64,000 nt of DNA, taken from contig NW_003314365.1 in assembly GCF_000143415.4 (NCBI RefSeq), positions 201,902-265,901 of the forward strand, in the 5' to 3' direction. Each line of letters opens with the position of its first letter. Position 1 is the stretch's first letter. The stretch is from Selaginella moellendorffii. Lineage: Eukaryota > Plantae > Lycopodiophyta. Positions 23,831-36,778 of this stretch are shown piece after piece. Position numbers and translations under genes: made by a program. Below the pieces are notes generated by a model that was not told the origin of the DNA, did not search any database, and saw only the letters and a program-made list of their open reading frames with translations.

Positions 23831-24635
23831 TGGGATTTGACTCCCCTGTTTTTAGGGTTCTTCAAATGTTAATGAAAATCTCGGCCTTTTCGCGCGCGCC
23901 TTGTTATCAGTGTAAGAAAGAGCGAGAGAAACCTCGCGCGCCATGATTGTAAAATTCGACGATGGATCGCTCGCGCCACCTCGAATCCAGTGGCGCTGCC
24001 AGTCAACACAGCCAGCCCAGTCAACGCCCCAGTTAAAACCATTTCTTCCAAGTGGGAGGAAGCATGGAGGGAGGGAATCTCAACGCAATCGCATTATCGA
24101 CGACTCGTTCGTGCGAGCGTTTAGTGTCTTGCTACAAACACAGTGACCACCAGTCCATTAAATTTGCAGAGTGCTAGAGGCGATTGATCGAGATGGCTAG
24201 CAGCGGAGCGATTCCACTCCACAAAATTCGATTGACAGTAGCAGCAGCAGCGCAGCACACCGTTGGCTTGGATTTTTTGGATCCATTCGTCCACCATTCC
24301 GAGGAGAACGAACAAGACCAACGCGGGAATTGGTGGAATGTGGAAAACTTTCTCCTCGAGCAGCAGTAGCAACAGTAGTACCTGGTACTGTTATTTAGTT
24401 TTTCTTTTCTTCCATAGCTCGCGCGATGGCTAGCTAGGCCCTGGCAAAAGCTTAGCACCATCGCAGTAAATGGAGTACGGTAGCAGCGGTAAATCTCTTC
24501 CAGCACATTTATCTTCTTTTTCTTGACTCCAAGAAAAAGAAGTACCTGAGTTCCAAGCGAACGAGCTCTAGCCAAAAGTGAAGAGTAAACAGAGAAAGAG
24601 TAAAAAGAGAAAAGCTTGGCTTACTTGTTGGACGA

Positions 24636-26566
24636 TCATATGTGATTGAGAGCTCCCGAGAATTTCTTCTTGAGCACGTCGCGTTTGGATCCCCACCTCA
24701 AGCTGTTGGTCGGGCCAGTGGTCTCGGCTTGCATGGGATTGCCGATCACGTAATTGCCCATGGTGAGCGAGTCCTGGAGCTGCCGGTGGAGCTCCTTGTT
24801 CTTCTTCGTCAGCACGGCGTGCCGCCCCTTGAGCTCTCGGAGCTTCCTCTCAAACGCCTCCACGTTTTCTTTGTGGAGCTCCAAGTCGTCCAGCAGCGCG
24901 GGGTTTGTCACATTTACGATATCCTCCTGTTTAGTAGCAAAGAATCATCAGTTGTTCCGATTATAAAAAAAAAAAAAAAGGACCCGTAAAGAGTAAAAGC
25001 AGAGAAAGAGAAAGCATGGAGTGGAGACGTGGACGAACCTGCATCTTTGCCATCTTAGCTCGGAGAGTTTTGCACATAGCCTTCACCCTGTGCAGTTCTT
25101 TTCGCTTGGCCAGCAATTCAGAGTCCACAGTCTCTAAAGCTTTTGCATCAGTCTGTCACTCACCATAAAACTTCGTCACGAAACCAGGAAACGTAGCTAC
25201 TTATACCTCGGTCTCCTTCTGGACGTACTGGAGCTTCTCACGAACATGAGTGAGCACGTGAACTACATGCGTGCTCTTTTTCTTGAGCTGGAAGAGCTCG
25301 TCATTTTTCTTCGATAGCTGCACACACACAAACACGACGAGAAAGGAGATCGTTTACCTCGTAAAGTGGGAGTTTACCTTCTCGTTGAGTGACTCATTCT
25401 CGATTTTGAGCTGCTCGAAGTCGACCAAGTGAAGGCCGCCAGGTAGCTGTTCCTTCTTCCATAATGCCTGCTCCAGCTTTTTCAGCTGAGTCTTGAGCTG
25501 CTTCCCCTGAATCCTCAGAGTTTCAATCTCTGCATCCAGATCGTTTTCTTCGGCTTGGAGCTGGCAATAAATTCCCCTCGTCAATGCTCCGTCCCGTACC
25601 AGTGTTAGTCTAAAGTATACTACCTTTGCGAGTAGCTTAGGCTTCAGAGGCTTTCCAGTTATGCTGTGTTCGGCTTCCCTAGCCATCTGCACTGGAGTCA
25701 GATCGTGCATTTCGTTAGTTTCAGCTGAAAGAAAGAATCAAAGAAAAAGCTGGCGGCTACAGTTTGTTGTTTTGTCATGCAAGATAATTTCAGCAAGGCA
25801 ACAACGAAAGAACCTGCCACTTGTAGGCCAGAAACTCGGAGCGCATCGCTTTGGCTTCCTCTTGCTTCTCCCTCACTTGCTCTTGCATGTCCTCAATCCT
25901 CTCGTCGTACTCGAGAACCAGCCGGTCGATCTCTTCCTTGAGATTCTTCCATTGAGTCAACCGCTGCCAATCAAAACAAGAAACAAGGATAAAACACTTC
26001 GAAAGAGATAAAACAAGGATTTTCTCACAGCCTGATACAGTGTCTCGGCACCTTCGAGGAAGAGCTTGGTTCCAATTGTCGAGCGTCGCTTCTGCAGAGC
26101 CAGCAGGCGTTTCTCCAGCACCTTGTTCTCTGACTGGAGATCACCAATCTCCTCCATCGTTTCCTAGAAAAAGCAAGGCCATTTGTGTGAAGAACACGGA
26201 AAGGAGGGAAGAGAGAAACAACGTTTCATCTTATCTAAGATGTTTAGTGACGATATCCCACCTCGATGTGAAACATGACTTGGTGCCTTTCCTCGGCCTA
26301 CATTCCCAGTCGCGACACGAATTTAGATCCAAAAAGTATAACAAAGTCGCTTAAAACGAAGACCTGGGGCGCCTCATCCTTAGTCCCCTCCGATGTGGAA
26401 AGATCCGTCGTTGTCGTTTGCGGCGATACCTCCTCCTTCTTCTCCATTTGTTGCTCCCCTTGTTTCACCTGATCCATCGCAAAATAAACAAATCATCCAC
26501 ATTTCCCTCTCCATCACGCAACAATCTCACCTCGTCGCCCTTGACTTCTTCTCCTTCCTCCGCCAT
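24636..26566 (-). CDS. CCDC96: Cilia/flagella coiled-coil protein, CCDC96-like (DUF4201), multi-exon
   Basis: GLHLVDFEQLKIENESLNEK signature and coiled-coil exons. Start and end are approximate. Confidence 0.75.
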
Positions 26567-26860
26567 CGAGAGCGAGCGATGGCGATCGAGCGCGACAAGG
26601 AGGCGAGATTCTCTCACTCGCTCGATTCCTTCTGGTAGTTAAAAGAGCCCTAAAAAAGAATCATATGTGAATCATAGTTTATAAGATAAAAGGTGCTCGG
26701 AAGAACGTCATCACCAGTGCCTAGAAGTAAACTACAACACGTATTCACAGGCAAGAAAAGAATCGTTTCGTCAAAGTTGAGTTGCGAGACTAGAAATCTC
26801 TGCTCGCTGCTGCTCGCTGCTGCTTCGATCGAGACGAGAGAGATCGATCGAGCGGTGGAA

Positions 26861-28032
26861 TCACACGACGCTGATTGGAACGTTGTTGCGGTCCCGCAAA
26901 TTGCTGCTGAAAGCCGAGGACGAGGAGCTCTTGGAGTGGAAGGCCGAGTGTCTCGTCGATGGCTCGTCCAGCTTGAGCGGCTCCACCGACAGTCCCAGCC
27001 GCAGTTGCGGAAGCTCGCCGCTGTCGAGCCTCACCGGAGCTCTTGGGAGGCTGGCTGTTGGCCGGACGAGCTTGGAGGAGGAGGATAGCGATGGCGATGG
27101 AGCTGGAGGCCGGTCCATGCACGGGCCGAGGCCCAGCCACACCGGCACTGCCACGGGAATTGGGACGGGCACCGGGTGGAGGAAGGCGACGGGGGCTGCT
27201 CTTGTCGTCGACGAACTTCTGTTGGTTTCCTCGTTGGTGGTGTCTCCCTCGCTCGAGTCCATCACCTCCTCCTCCTTCACGGAATCGAGGGCCATCGCTA
27301 CTGGGAACGGCTGCAAGCTCTCGCGAAATGTTGGAGCGACGGATGCTGGCGCTGGACCGCTGCTCAATTGGCGGAGTGGTGGTGGCGGCATCGCATCTAG
27401 AACAGGACTGGTGAAGGAGTCAAATCCACCAGTAGCAGCTGCGACATCCTGGAAGCCAAAGTTTGAGCGCAATTCCTTCTTGCAAATCGAACAACTTACC
27501 ACCTCTGGAGAGATATCAAAGAGGCTGGAGCGCCTCTTCCTCTTGCTTAGATTACTCTGCCGGATAAAATACTTTTGCGCGTGGCTGGCGACCTGCGTGG
27601 GAGTCCGCGTCGTCACAAAGTTCTTGGCGATGCCCCTCCAATCGCCCTTTCCGAGCTTTTGCAAGCCCAGGAGGAAGCATCTGTGCTCTTCCTCCGTCCA
27701 GGGAACTCCTGCAAGCCAAGAAAAGCCCTCCTTTGTGAGTGGAAACGAAGAACAAAGGAAGAAATCTAAGTTACCACTCACTCACCTTTCTTTCTCTCGC
27801 GAGCATTGCTGGATGTTTGGACGAGTCCATCAGAGACGTAACCATCGGCGATAGCTCCGGAATCCGAGGGCTCCGGCGTGGCGGCGGAGGGATTGTAATG
27901 CAGGAGATTGCCCATGCTGGCGCTCTTGCGCATCCCCTCGGTCAATCTCACTCCAAACAGCCTCACGCCGCGATCGGGGCACGTCCGCGAGTTGTGTCCA
28001 TTGTGCCCGCAATGGGAGCACTTGCGCGTCAT
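26861..28032 (-). CDS. Single-repeat MYB-related transcription factor (SHAQKYF class, MYBS3/KUA1/MYBH type)
   Basis: N-terminal [18 protein letters not shown] knuckle, RLFGV motif, and WTEEEH...[29 protein letters not shown]. Confidence 0.93.
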
Positions 28033-29267
28033 GCTTGTTCCTCCTTAGCAGCTATGGCGGGGAAGGGAAAACCTAGCGCGCGACACGAGAGATCAGCAGA
28101 GTATGGGAGGGAGAATTCCCAGCGCTTGCTCGCTTACCAGATTTCTTCCAGGGCGAGAGCGCCGCCGTCGAGCTCGAGATCCACAAACCCTAAGCGCTCG
28201 AGGAAGGAGGAGGAGGAGGAGGAGGAGAAAAATCAAGGGGGAAAAAAACCAAGCACACTCCAAAGGCGCACAAGGAACAACAACCTCGCAAGGTTAAAGT
28301 AAAAAAAGAGAAGGAAGAAAATGGGCAAGTAAAAGATTTAGAAGGTGGTACCTAGTTAAAACGCGGAGATGGACGAGTGGATCCCAAAATGGATGGACTG
28401 TCGTGGCGCCACGAGGCGGCTCCGCCGCCAGGGTTCGTACAGCACTTGGTGATTATATGTGAAGATATCCGCATATATGGTTGGTTGGTTGGCATATAAT
28501 TTTCACCCTCTCCTTCCCCAAATGTGCCAAATATTTTAGCGTAAAGACTTTGATTCTCTATTCCTTGGCTCTGCCCGGGGAAGGGTTCCACCTTGCCCTA
28601 ATATAAACTAACGAATATGCCTGTGTCCCCCAACACATGGAAATCGCATCTTTGACGGATGGACGAGGAGAGTTACACGCATGCACACTTTACAAGTTTT
28701 CCTTTCATCTTCGTACAGAGACATAAATTTTCTTTGCTTTTTAACTTCCCGCTTGGTGGAGTAGAACGAACGAACTCATCCAAAACCGGATTACGTGAAA
28801 ATCTCGAGAGAAGCTTCTGGTGTGACAGCGATGGCGCAACAATTTCTTTTCGAGCAAAACTCGCCATCCTGCGAGAGACATGGGAATCACGTGGAGTAAG
28901 CTGGATCACAAGTCACGCAACACAACAAAAGAGAGCATCTGTGCGAGTTCATGGAAATTTTTTCATTTGTTGCCATGTCTTGCTCCAGCAAACGCTACGA
29001 GCCTGAGCTATAATGGCTCCAAGGCGAGCTAGACGCATATACAAACGCATCATCTTCTCTTCTCTCTCCTGCAGAAAAGAAAGCTTTTTTAGCTCGAGAG
29101 ACTCGAAGAAGAGAAAGAAAGCCACCACTCACCGAGTAAAAGCTGACACGCGAGAAAGGAAAGGTGCGCTCGCGAGGAATCACGTCACGATCCGCAGTCG
29201 ACGAAGTCTTTGGATTGATCAATTGTATCTGCGAAGGAATCCGTGAGTGTGGTGGGGACTCGAGCAG

Positions 29268-29320
29268 CCGACGCAGCAGTCACGCCTGTTAAAACCGACG
29301 CAGCAGTCACGCCTGTTGGA
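29268..29320. repeat. Short tandem duplication (CCGACGCAGCAGTCACGCCTGTT x2)
   Basis: Directly visible. Confidence 0.8.
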
Positions 29321-29382
29321 ACCCGTCACCTTCGAGACAAAGTAGAACCTCGACTTTTAGTAGCGGCAGCACACATACCTTC

Positions 29383-31512
29383 TCACCGGTGCAGAGATCT
29401 CGCCAGGCAGCTGTGGATGTTCGCCATCAAATCGTAAGCAGCCGCGTGATCTCCTTTGGCTCCCACCAGTGACTCGAAAGCAATCTTCCCGGCTCCGAAG
29501 TTTCCATCTTGACACGCGCCCAGGACTGTTCTCCAAGCCAGCGCCTCGGGTTTGAATGGCATTCGCTCCAGAGTCTCCACGGCAGCTTCCACTAAGTTGG
29601 CCCGTGCGAGCAAATCCACCATGCACAGATAGTGCTCCATGCCCGGATCAACCCCGTACCGAGAACGCATTGCCTGAAAGCAAAGTTTCCCAGAGTCAAC
29701 AAGCCCCGCACGACTGAACGCGGCCAACAAAGACACAAAAGTCGTACCGTTTGGTCGGGACCCCGCTGTTTCCATCTCATGGAAAAGTGCCAGTACTCGA
29801 TCGGTGTCGCCTTGACGGGCATATCCAGCAATAAGAGCAGTCCAAGTCACTGTATCTCTGCAACACAGCGTGTCAAAGACATGCTGAGCGCAGGAAATTC
29901 TTCCGCACTTACCGTACGTGTCTACCACGGAGTTGGCTACAAGTCGATCGCTCTCGAGGCCACGCCTGCAAGCAGCTGCGTGAGCCTCTCTCGCCATTTG
30001 CAAGTCGACGGCACCGCCGCAGGCCTTGAGCACAGCCGCAAAAGCTTTACTGTCCGGAACGCAGCCTCCGTCTCGTTTCATGAGCGAAAACAGCTCGAGA
30101 GCGAGCTTCGCTTCACCAGTCTCGGAGAAACCTGTTATCAGCGCCGTGTACGTCACCACGTTCCGGTGTGGCATCCGGTAAAACACCCTGCTTGCGTCCT
30201 CCAAGCTCCCGCACTTGGAGTACATGTCAACCAAGGTGTTTGCGACGAACACTTCGATGTCACAGCCACGTCTCGCAGCTTCCGAGTGAAGAGCCAGTCC
30301 TTTTTCCAGAGAGAGCTGCTTGTAAGACTTGTCGTTCACCACTGTCACCTCCTCTTTCTCTGCCATGCCCGTGCAAGCCTTGAGTACTGCCACAAAGGTC
30401 CTGGCATTGGGTGGACAAACAGCTCCAAGGTTTGCCATTGACACAAACAGCTCCAAGGCCAGTTCCTGTCGGCCATTGTCAACGTAACCGAGCATCAGCG
30501 AAGTCCAAGTCACGACCGTGAGATTCTTCATGCCGTAAAAGACCCTCTCAGAATCCGCCAAGCTCCCACACTTTGCGTACATGTCGACAAGTGCGTTGGC
30601 AATGAAGATGTCGTCTTGGTCTTTGCAACACCTTGTCAGCTGAAGATGCACTGCCAGGCCCTTTTCCAAAGAGAGAACTTTGGCGACTGTCTCGTCGCTT
30701 TCACGAACCGCTTCCTTCACTGCCAGATTTGTGCAAGCCTTCACTGCAGCAAGGAATGTCCGACCGTCCGGCTTGCAAGAGTTGTTGCACAGCATCCACT
30801 CAAGTAACTTCAAAGCGACATCTTCTTCACCGTTCTCAGCATGCCCCAGTATGAGTGAATTCCACGACACAACGTTCCGGCACCCCATCGAGTCGAAGAC
30901 TCTTCCAGCGTCTACCAAGCTTCCGGAGTTGGCGTACGCATCTATAAGAATGCTCGCCACATACAAGTCTGAAACACAGCAGCCACTAGTTTTAAGAAGC
31001 TCGCAATGCAAAAACATTATTTTTTCCAAGGAGCTCACCTTGACAGCCTTACCGTCCATTGCACTGCTGCCTTCCATCGCTGCCAGACGGCTACAAGCCT
31101 TCAATGCTGCTACATAGGTTCGAGAATTCGGAAGAACCGCTCCCGAGGATATCATGTGAGAAAACGTTTCCAAGGCCACCACCTCCTGGCCATTCTCTAC
31201 AAGTCCCAGAATCAACGCAGTCCATGATACAACCGTGTGAGACGGCATTCCATCGAAAATACGTCGAGCTTCGGCCAGGATGCCGCATTTTCCATACATG
31301 TTGATGAGGGCAGTGGCCAAGTAAACGTTGGATCTTTCTTCACGCACACTGATTAAAGAGTGAATTTTTCTCCCTCGGTCAAGGTCCCTTGTTCTAGCGC
31401 ACGCTTTAAGCTCCGCAAGAAGTTCTACTTTTAAACCTCCTTCCTTATTCTTCCTGTGATTGCATACCTGGATGGAAATGGACTCCCCTGCGCACACGCC
31501 GCTTGTTCGCAT
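29383..31512 (-). CDS. PLS-class pentatricopeptide repeat protein with an E domain and no DYW domain
   Basis: Intronless 709 aa. Repeated ALINMYGKCG...A.RIFDGM...VVSWTALI motifs. C-terminal HYLCMVDLLARA...MPFKP...WRTVLGAC. Confidence 0.93.
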   Translation of the reverse strand: MRTSGVCAGESISIQVCNHRKNKEGGLKVELLAELKACARTRDLDRGRKIHSLISVREERSNVYLATALINMYGKCGILAEARRIFDGMPSHTVVSWTALILGLVENGQEVVALETFSHMISSGAVLPNSRTYVAALKACSRLAAMEGSSAMDGKAVKVSSLEKIMFLHCELLKTSGCCVSDLYVASILIDAYANSGSLVDAGRVFDSMGCRNVVSWNSLILGHAENGEEDVALKLLEWMLCNNSCKPDGRTFLAAVKACTNLAVKEAVRESDETVAKVLSLEKGLAVHLQLTRCCKDQDDIFIANALVDMYAKCGSLADSERVFYGMKNLTVVTWTSLMLGYVDNGRQELALELFVSMANLGAVCPPNARTFVAVLKACTGMAEKEEVTVVNDKSYKQLSLEKGLALHSEAARRGCDIEVFVANTLVDMYSKCGSLEDASRVFYRMPHRNVVTYTALITGFSETGEAKLALELFSLMKRDGGCVPDSKAFAAVLKACGGAVDLQMAREAHAAACRRGLESDRLVANSVVDTYGKCGRISCAQHVFDTLCCRDTVTWTALIAGYARQGDTDRVLALFHEMETAGSRPNGTTFVSLLAAFSRAGLVDSGKLCFQAMRSRYGVDPGMEHYLCMVDLLARANLVEAAVETLERMPFKPEALAWRTVLGACQDGNFGAGKIAFESLVGAKGDHAAAYDLMANIHSCLARSLHR

Positions 31513-31625
31513 GGCCTCGGGGCATTAGGCAGAAGAACCCTATGCCTTGGAACCATTAACTTCCCCCTAAAAGGAAAATTAGTTTGGAAAAGAGAACGCT
31601 CGCCCGATTCTTACCTGGTAGTAGC

Positions 31626-34600
31626 CTATGAATCTAGAGCACAAAGTTCATCAAACTCGGCCAGAGCAGCCTCCATGGCTGATGCAACGTCCCCGTCGTC
31701 TTGATTGTTGTCACAAAAGTAGTCTGTTTCGTCCGTGCCACGATCAAAGGGATTGACGCTTCCAACCTGCTATACTTTCCACTACCATCACTCATCTAAT
31801 CAGTAATAACAGGGACACCGTACCTCGCAAAATTGAGCGTAGTGCAGATAAGCCGGGCTATTTTCGACAGTTCCAAAAAGAAGATCGCTCCCATACCATT
31901 TCTCTGACTCCGTCGTAAGGGATAGACTAACAAGAAAACCAATTTAGACGAAGAAAGACAAAGAGTTGAGCTCTTGCCTGTCAGATACATCCTGTTCGGA
32001 AGGCATCACCAGTCCTACCCAATCGTCCTCCGTAGAAACTTCAGATTGCTTCTCTTTTTGCAATGGCTCTGACGCCACAACTGCTGGCGGCTCCTCATGC
32101 TTCCGTTGGCCAAACAGCCAGTTGGGACTCTTTAACTGCACTTCTCTGTAGAATTACGGGGTTAGCTATTTCTTATTCCATTCCGCTTATACTTACGCAG
32201 CATCAGGGGCCGTGCAGGTTCCTTTCGGATCTGAATCACTCTGAGTGCAGACTACCTTCAGTAATCCGCTCGTCACCTGCATGATTTTATCAAATGATGT
32301 CAGCTTCAACCGAGTGGACTCGTCATTGGAAGTCGATAGCTTTGAAATCGTCGTTTTTGAGCTGCTGGCTTCAACTTTCGGCGACGGCTTCCTAAAATAC
32401 CACGAGCTGGTTACTGAGCATCTCCACACTAATAAATTAATTACTTACAAGACGAAATCTTCAAACAATTCCTCGCCACAGCCAGCGACATGAAGGTAGT
32501 AATCTGAATCAAGATCCCACAGAGCTGGTTTTCCTTCTTGCGGTTGGAAGTAGCCTAAGAACCTGGGCAGACACATGGTCGTGAAAAAAGGAAAAGAGGA
32601 AACATTTCAAGTGCTTACAAGTTCATCGCGTCTTGCTTCTCGCCGTCAGTGTAAGTGTTGCTGTAGTACCGCTTAATTGACTTCAAGAACTCTTGAGACT
32701 GCGTGGTCGCCTTCCACCTCCCATGCCTCTCAGGAAACACCTGGCAGCAGCACTATATGTAAGACTAATCAGCGTCGATGGTTCTTACGGTGTTGTGAGC
32801 TGCGGAGCCACCATACTGAAGAGCCAATGCATCTCCCATATTCTGGTACATGTCCATCAGAGCTGCAGCTATGGTACTGTCAGGATCTACTCGCGGTACG
32901 TTTGTGATTCCAACGGAATGCAGTTGCCGTCCAAGTGCTGCCAAGCCATATGCGTACTGCGCAACATTTGTGCGATCCAGGCAATCAATACAATTTGTTC
33001 TCAAAACTCCAGATTGCAAGGTCCTCCCTCGGTCATAGTTTACTGTATCGCTGGAGCTTGCCGTTTCAGAACCCCCAGTGTATCTGTCAGAGAATATTGT
33101 TACCGTAAACAGTTCAGACCACGAGGAAAGCTTACAAAGACGGACGTTGAAATTTCTTTTTTTCTTTCCATGGTCTCCCGCTGTAGTAGAAGCCAGTCAA
33201 GTCCAATGCTTCAGTTGCAACAGCTCCAAGCACAGCCAAGACATTTGCAGACTTACTGGAATCACAGCGTCAATGAGGTGAGACAAGAACGAAAAACAAA
33301 ACACCTTTTGGCAAACTTGTGGAAGTCCCAGTGGATAAACTTTAAACGACGTTCTTCAGGAAGAATCTGATTGAGATAACCGACTGCAGTTGCAAATTCA
33401 CGTCGCAGCATCATTTCACGCGGTCTTTTCTCCACCGTCTACACCGGATTCACACGATAAGAGCTTAACGCTAATATGACTACACTTGCCTTTATAAGGT
33501 TGAGAATTATGATTGGATCGCCATATCTTCGTGAAAGGTCTTCAAAATGCAGCTTGGTAGCCAGATAGACCGGATCATATCTTTGTACTGCACAAGAACT
33601 GTTAGTCATACGCAATCAAAAGCATCCGAGGCACTCACAGACAATGTCGGGCTTTGGACTGAGGCGAGAAGCTTCTTGTGACCAGAAGAGCGGGATGGAT
33701 CCACGGTTTTGCACCACAGAGCTCATGAGGCCCGGCTTGGTCTCGTCAATCACAATCTGCTCGGTTTCGACATCATTTGCGACTCTGCCTTTATCATTCA
33801 CACCTCTTTTGAGATATCTGCACGTCATCATAAAGAACATGAAAAAGTTAAAAACCAAAGAAAGGAAAACAGCGAACCTCGTCCCGGCAAAATGCCGCGA
33901 CCTCCGTGCAATGAGCGTGAGGGAGAAAACATGACCATAGATTGAAAGCTTTGCCTGACAAAAAGCCGAATTCTTCTCAGCACAGCAAACGAGCAAGTAG
34001 CAAGTACCTGCTCAAAGTGCCCGTGAACTAGCGCCACAGTCCACCTGGTGTTTCCAAGACGACGACGAATTCCCAGCGTCAGAAAAGCATTCCAGACGAA
34101 CATGTTGTCGTAAGGAATGTTACTATCCGCACCTTCACCCGCTTCTAGTGCGTTCCTCTGGAGAGTGTGCATGAGATTGTACGTGTAGCTGAAGTAGAAG
34201 TCTTTGGTGAGATCCACGCTAGACAGCAGCTTCCTATACCTGTAAGAAGAACAAAATGGAAGAGGACGAAGAAACACGGATGGAGCAGAACGAAGAATTT
34301 TTTTTTTACCTGAGCTCGGTCTTGGAAGCTGCTACTTCGGTCTGGACAGTGGGATGAGGAACGGTGAGAAGCTGGTTCTCATCGATCGCATACACAGCAT
34401 GACCACACAAACTTCCAATCTGGCGACGCTTGGAAACAAGGAGCATGTAATGTGATTCGCGGAACTTGATAAACCCTGCAAAGAGAAAGAGATGATCCAA
34501 TCATTCGATCGATCGTGGCTGAGCTCAGCTAGAGGAGGAACGGTCGCTCACCGACAATGCCGTAAGCCTTGGTAACGAGATGGAGTCCACCAGTGGCCTT

Positions 34601-34879
34601 GTTGCCCTCGGCGACCCTCTGCAAGCTCCCCGCGCATTCGTGCTTGGTGTAGACGACGGGATCTTCCACAATATTGAGCTCCGCAGGCTCGGTCCTGTCG
34701 ATCTTGAGGATTCTCCAGTGCCGCTTCTCGGAATCCCTCGCAACCAGGTAGAACCACTGCCAACAACGCAATCGATCATCACACAAATCCAAATCGCATC
34801 AAGCACAGCGCACCGATTGCGTCTCGTAGAGCTTGAATTTCTCCAGGGAGTAGCTGCCGCCACCGCCAGGCGTCGGCAT
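31626..34879 (-). CDS. SAC-domain phosphoinositide phosphatase (FIG4/AtSAC1-5 clade), multi-exon
   Basis: Start [22 protein letters not shown]. Contains [46 protein letters not shown] and the catalytic [12 protein letters not shown]. Confidence 0.92.
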
Positions 34880-34988
34880 AGCAGCAAGGAATTAGGGTTC
34901 TTCAAATTGATTAAAAATTGTACAAGTGTTCTTCGTAGCGATATAGTAGTTTCCCCTCTCTTTGTTCTTTCTCGAATCAAGCTAAGCT

Positions 34989-36778
34989 TTAGCTGGGAGT
35001 CACGGAAGAATTCGCTGTCGCCAACGCCACCGCCGCTGGTGCCGCATTGGCCGCAGCTTCCGCCACCCTGGCTGTTCTTCGATTCAAGTACCTGATCACT
35101 GCGTCCTCCACCCTGCACGAAAATTTCGACCGATCAATGAAACAAGAACAGCCAAAAAGCAAATCGAGATCACAAACCATGGTTGGCAGTAGAAATCCGA
35201 TCGACGCTCCTTCTCCGCGTTCCGGCTGGCCTGGCCATTGATGATCTTGAGGTCCCGGCTCTGCGAAGCGATGAGACCATTGATGAACTCCACCGGCGAG
35301 TTGCTAAACCCGAGAAAGAAGGCTCTCCTCTTGCGGTGCTCGTTGATCTTGCGGATGGAGCTGCAGATGAGCTCGTCGTAGGCCTCGATGTCCCTGTGCC
35401 TCTCCATGTTGGCCAAGAACATCGCCATATCCTTTTGCAGCGGCGTCACCACGTCCACCACGATGTCGTAGCACGCGTTCCCGGCGGGGTTCTTGCCGCT
35501 CAGCTTGATCTTGTGCTCCAGCTGGATGGGTTGTGGAGCCGAGAGATGCTGGTGGAGCCGGTTCAAGATGGACGTGAACTTGACGCGGTCCTCGCCCAGG
35601 ATTCTCTGGAGTGGCAAGTCGCAGTTGACGACGGTGGGATCGCTCGGGTTCTGGAGCTTCTTCCCTTTGATGTAGTGCCAGAAAGCCGCGATGATCCGAG
35701 CTCGCGTCTCGACCTCCACACCCAAGAGCTCCGCCAGCGGCGGCGAGAGCTTGTACCTCTCCGGAGTATACTTCATGTCAAGCCGGATGATCGCGGTCAG
35801 CTCCTTGTCGCCTTTCCTCTTGATCTCGAATCCCTCCACGGGAGCGCTGCCGCCGCCACCGCCGCTGCCATTGCTGGAGATGATCCCGCCACTGTTGTTG
35901 CCGGTGCTCCTCGACGCATCCCAGACGATGGTGGAGTTCTCGGGATACATTGCCGGGTCGAGCTGGACGGTGATCCTCTTGAAGAAGGAGGAGAACTTTG
36001 GGAATGGCAAGCTCTTGGCGGCGGCGCTCTCGGTCTCGCCATCGTCCCCGACGATCCTGCCCATGATCCGGAGCGTCCACGAGGGTGGCTCGCCCGGGTT
36101 GTATCCCATGTGTGGGTCGTGGTTGTTTACCTGGTTCGCATACGTATTGAAGACGTACATGCGTAGCGTTCGCTGGTAGCGCGGTGGATTCTGGACGCTC
36201 TCCTGGATCTCGAGCTTCTTCCGCGCCAGCGCCGCGTCCACCCGGCCCTCGAACTCCAGCAGCTGCGAGTAGAGCGCCGACTCGGGGAGGAGAGCTCCAA
36301 CTCTATCGGGGATTTGCCTATCGCCGATCTTCCTCCTCTTGCGCCTAGCGGCGGGATTGGCTTCGCCGCTCTTGATCGCCGCTGCCGCCGTTGCCGCCGC
36401 CGCCAATCTCTGCTGCTGCTGCTGCTGCTGCTGCTGTTGGAGCATTTGCATCTGGATCATCTGCATTTGATGGATCTGGTGTGGCTGGGGTTTGATCATC
36501 CCACCGGCGCTGCCCTGGACGCCCCCTCCTCCCCCCACGCCTCCCACCGCGAGGCGCTGCTTGAGGAGCTGCTGCTGGAGGGGGCCGGCGGCGCTGTTGA
36601 GCATCCCGCCATTGCGACCCGCCGCCGCCGCCGCCATCGCCATTTGCATCTGCGCGGCCAAATGCTGGCTCTGCTGCTGCTGCTGTTGCTGCCCTTGCTG
36701 GAGCTGCTGGATCATCGCCGCTGGAGTGGCGGACGAGGAAGGTTGCCCCGCCCCAGCACCTGGCTGCCCTGCCGCCAT
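34989..36778 (-). CDS. SWP73: SWI/SNF subunit BAF60/SWP73 (SWIB domain)
   Basis: LLPESALYSQLLEFEGRVDAALARKKLEIQE, SWIB domain and RRAFFLGFS..PVEFIN.LIASQSRDLK. One intron near the 3' end (CQPW|VEDAVIRYL). Confidence 0.95.

Noticed and set aside
26883-27854. Long antisense ORFs over MYB (323 aa), SWP73 (35183-36166) and PPR (29632-30441)
   Set aside because: These are shadow ORFs of GC-rich coding sequence with no recognisable motifs.
20935-29380. Conserved miRNA precursors in the larger intergenic gaps
   Set aside because: By-eye scan found no match to recalled miR156/160/166/171/319/408 sequences. This was not exhaustive.
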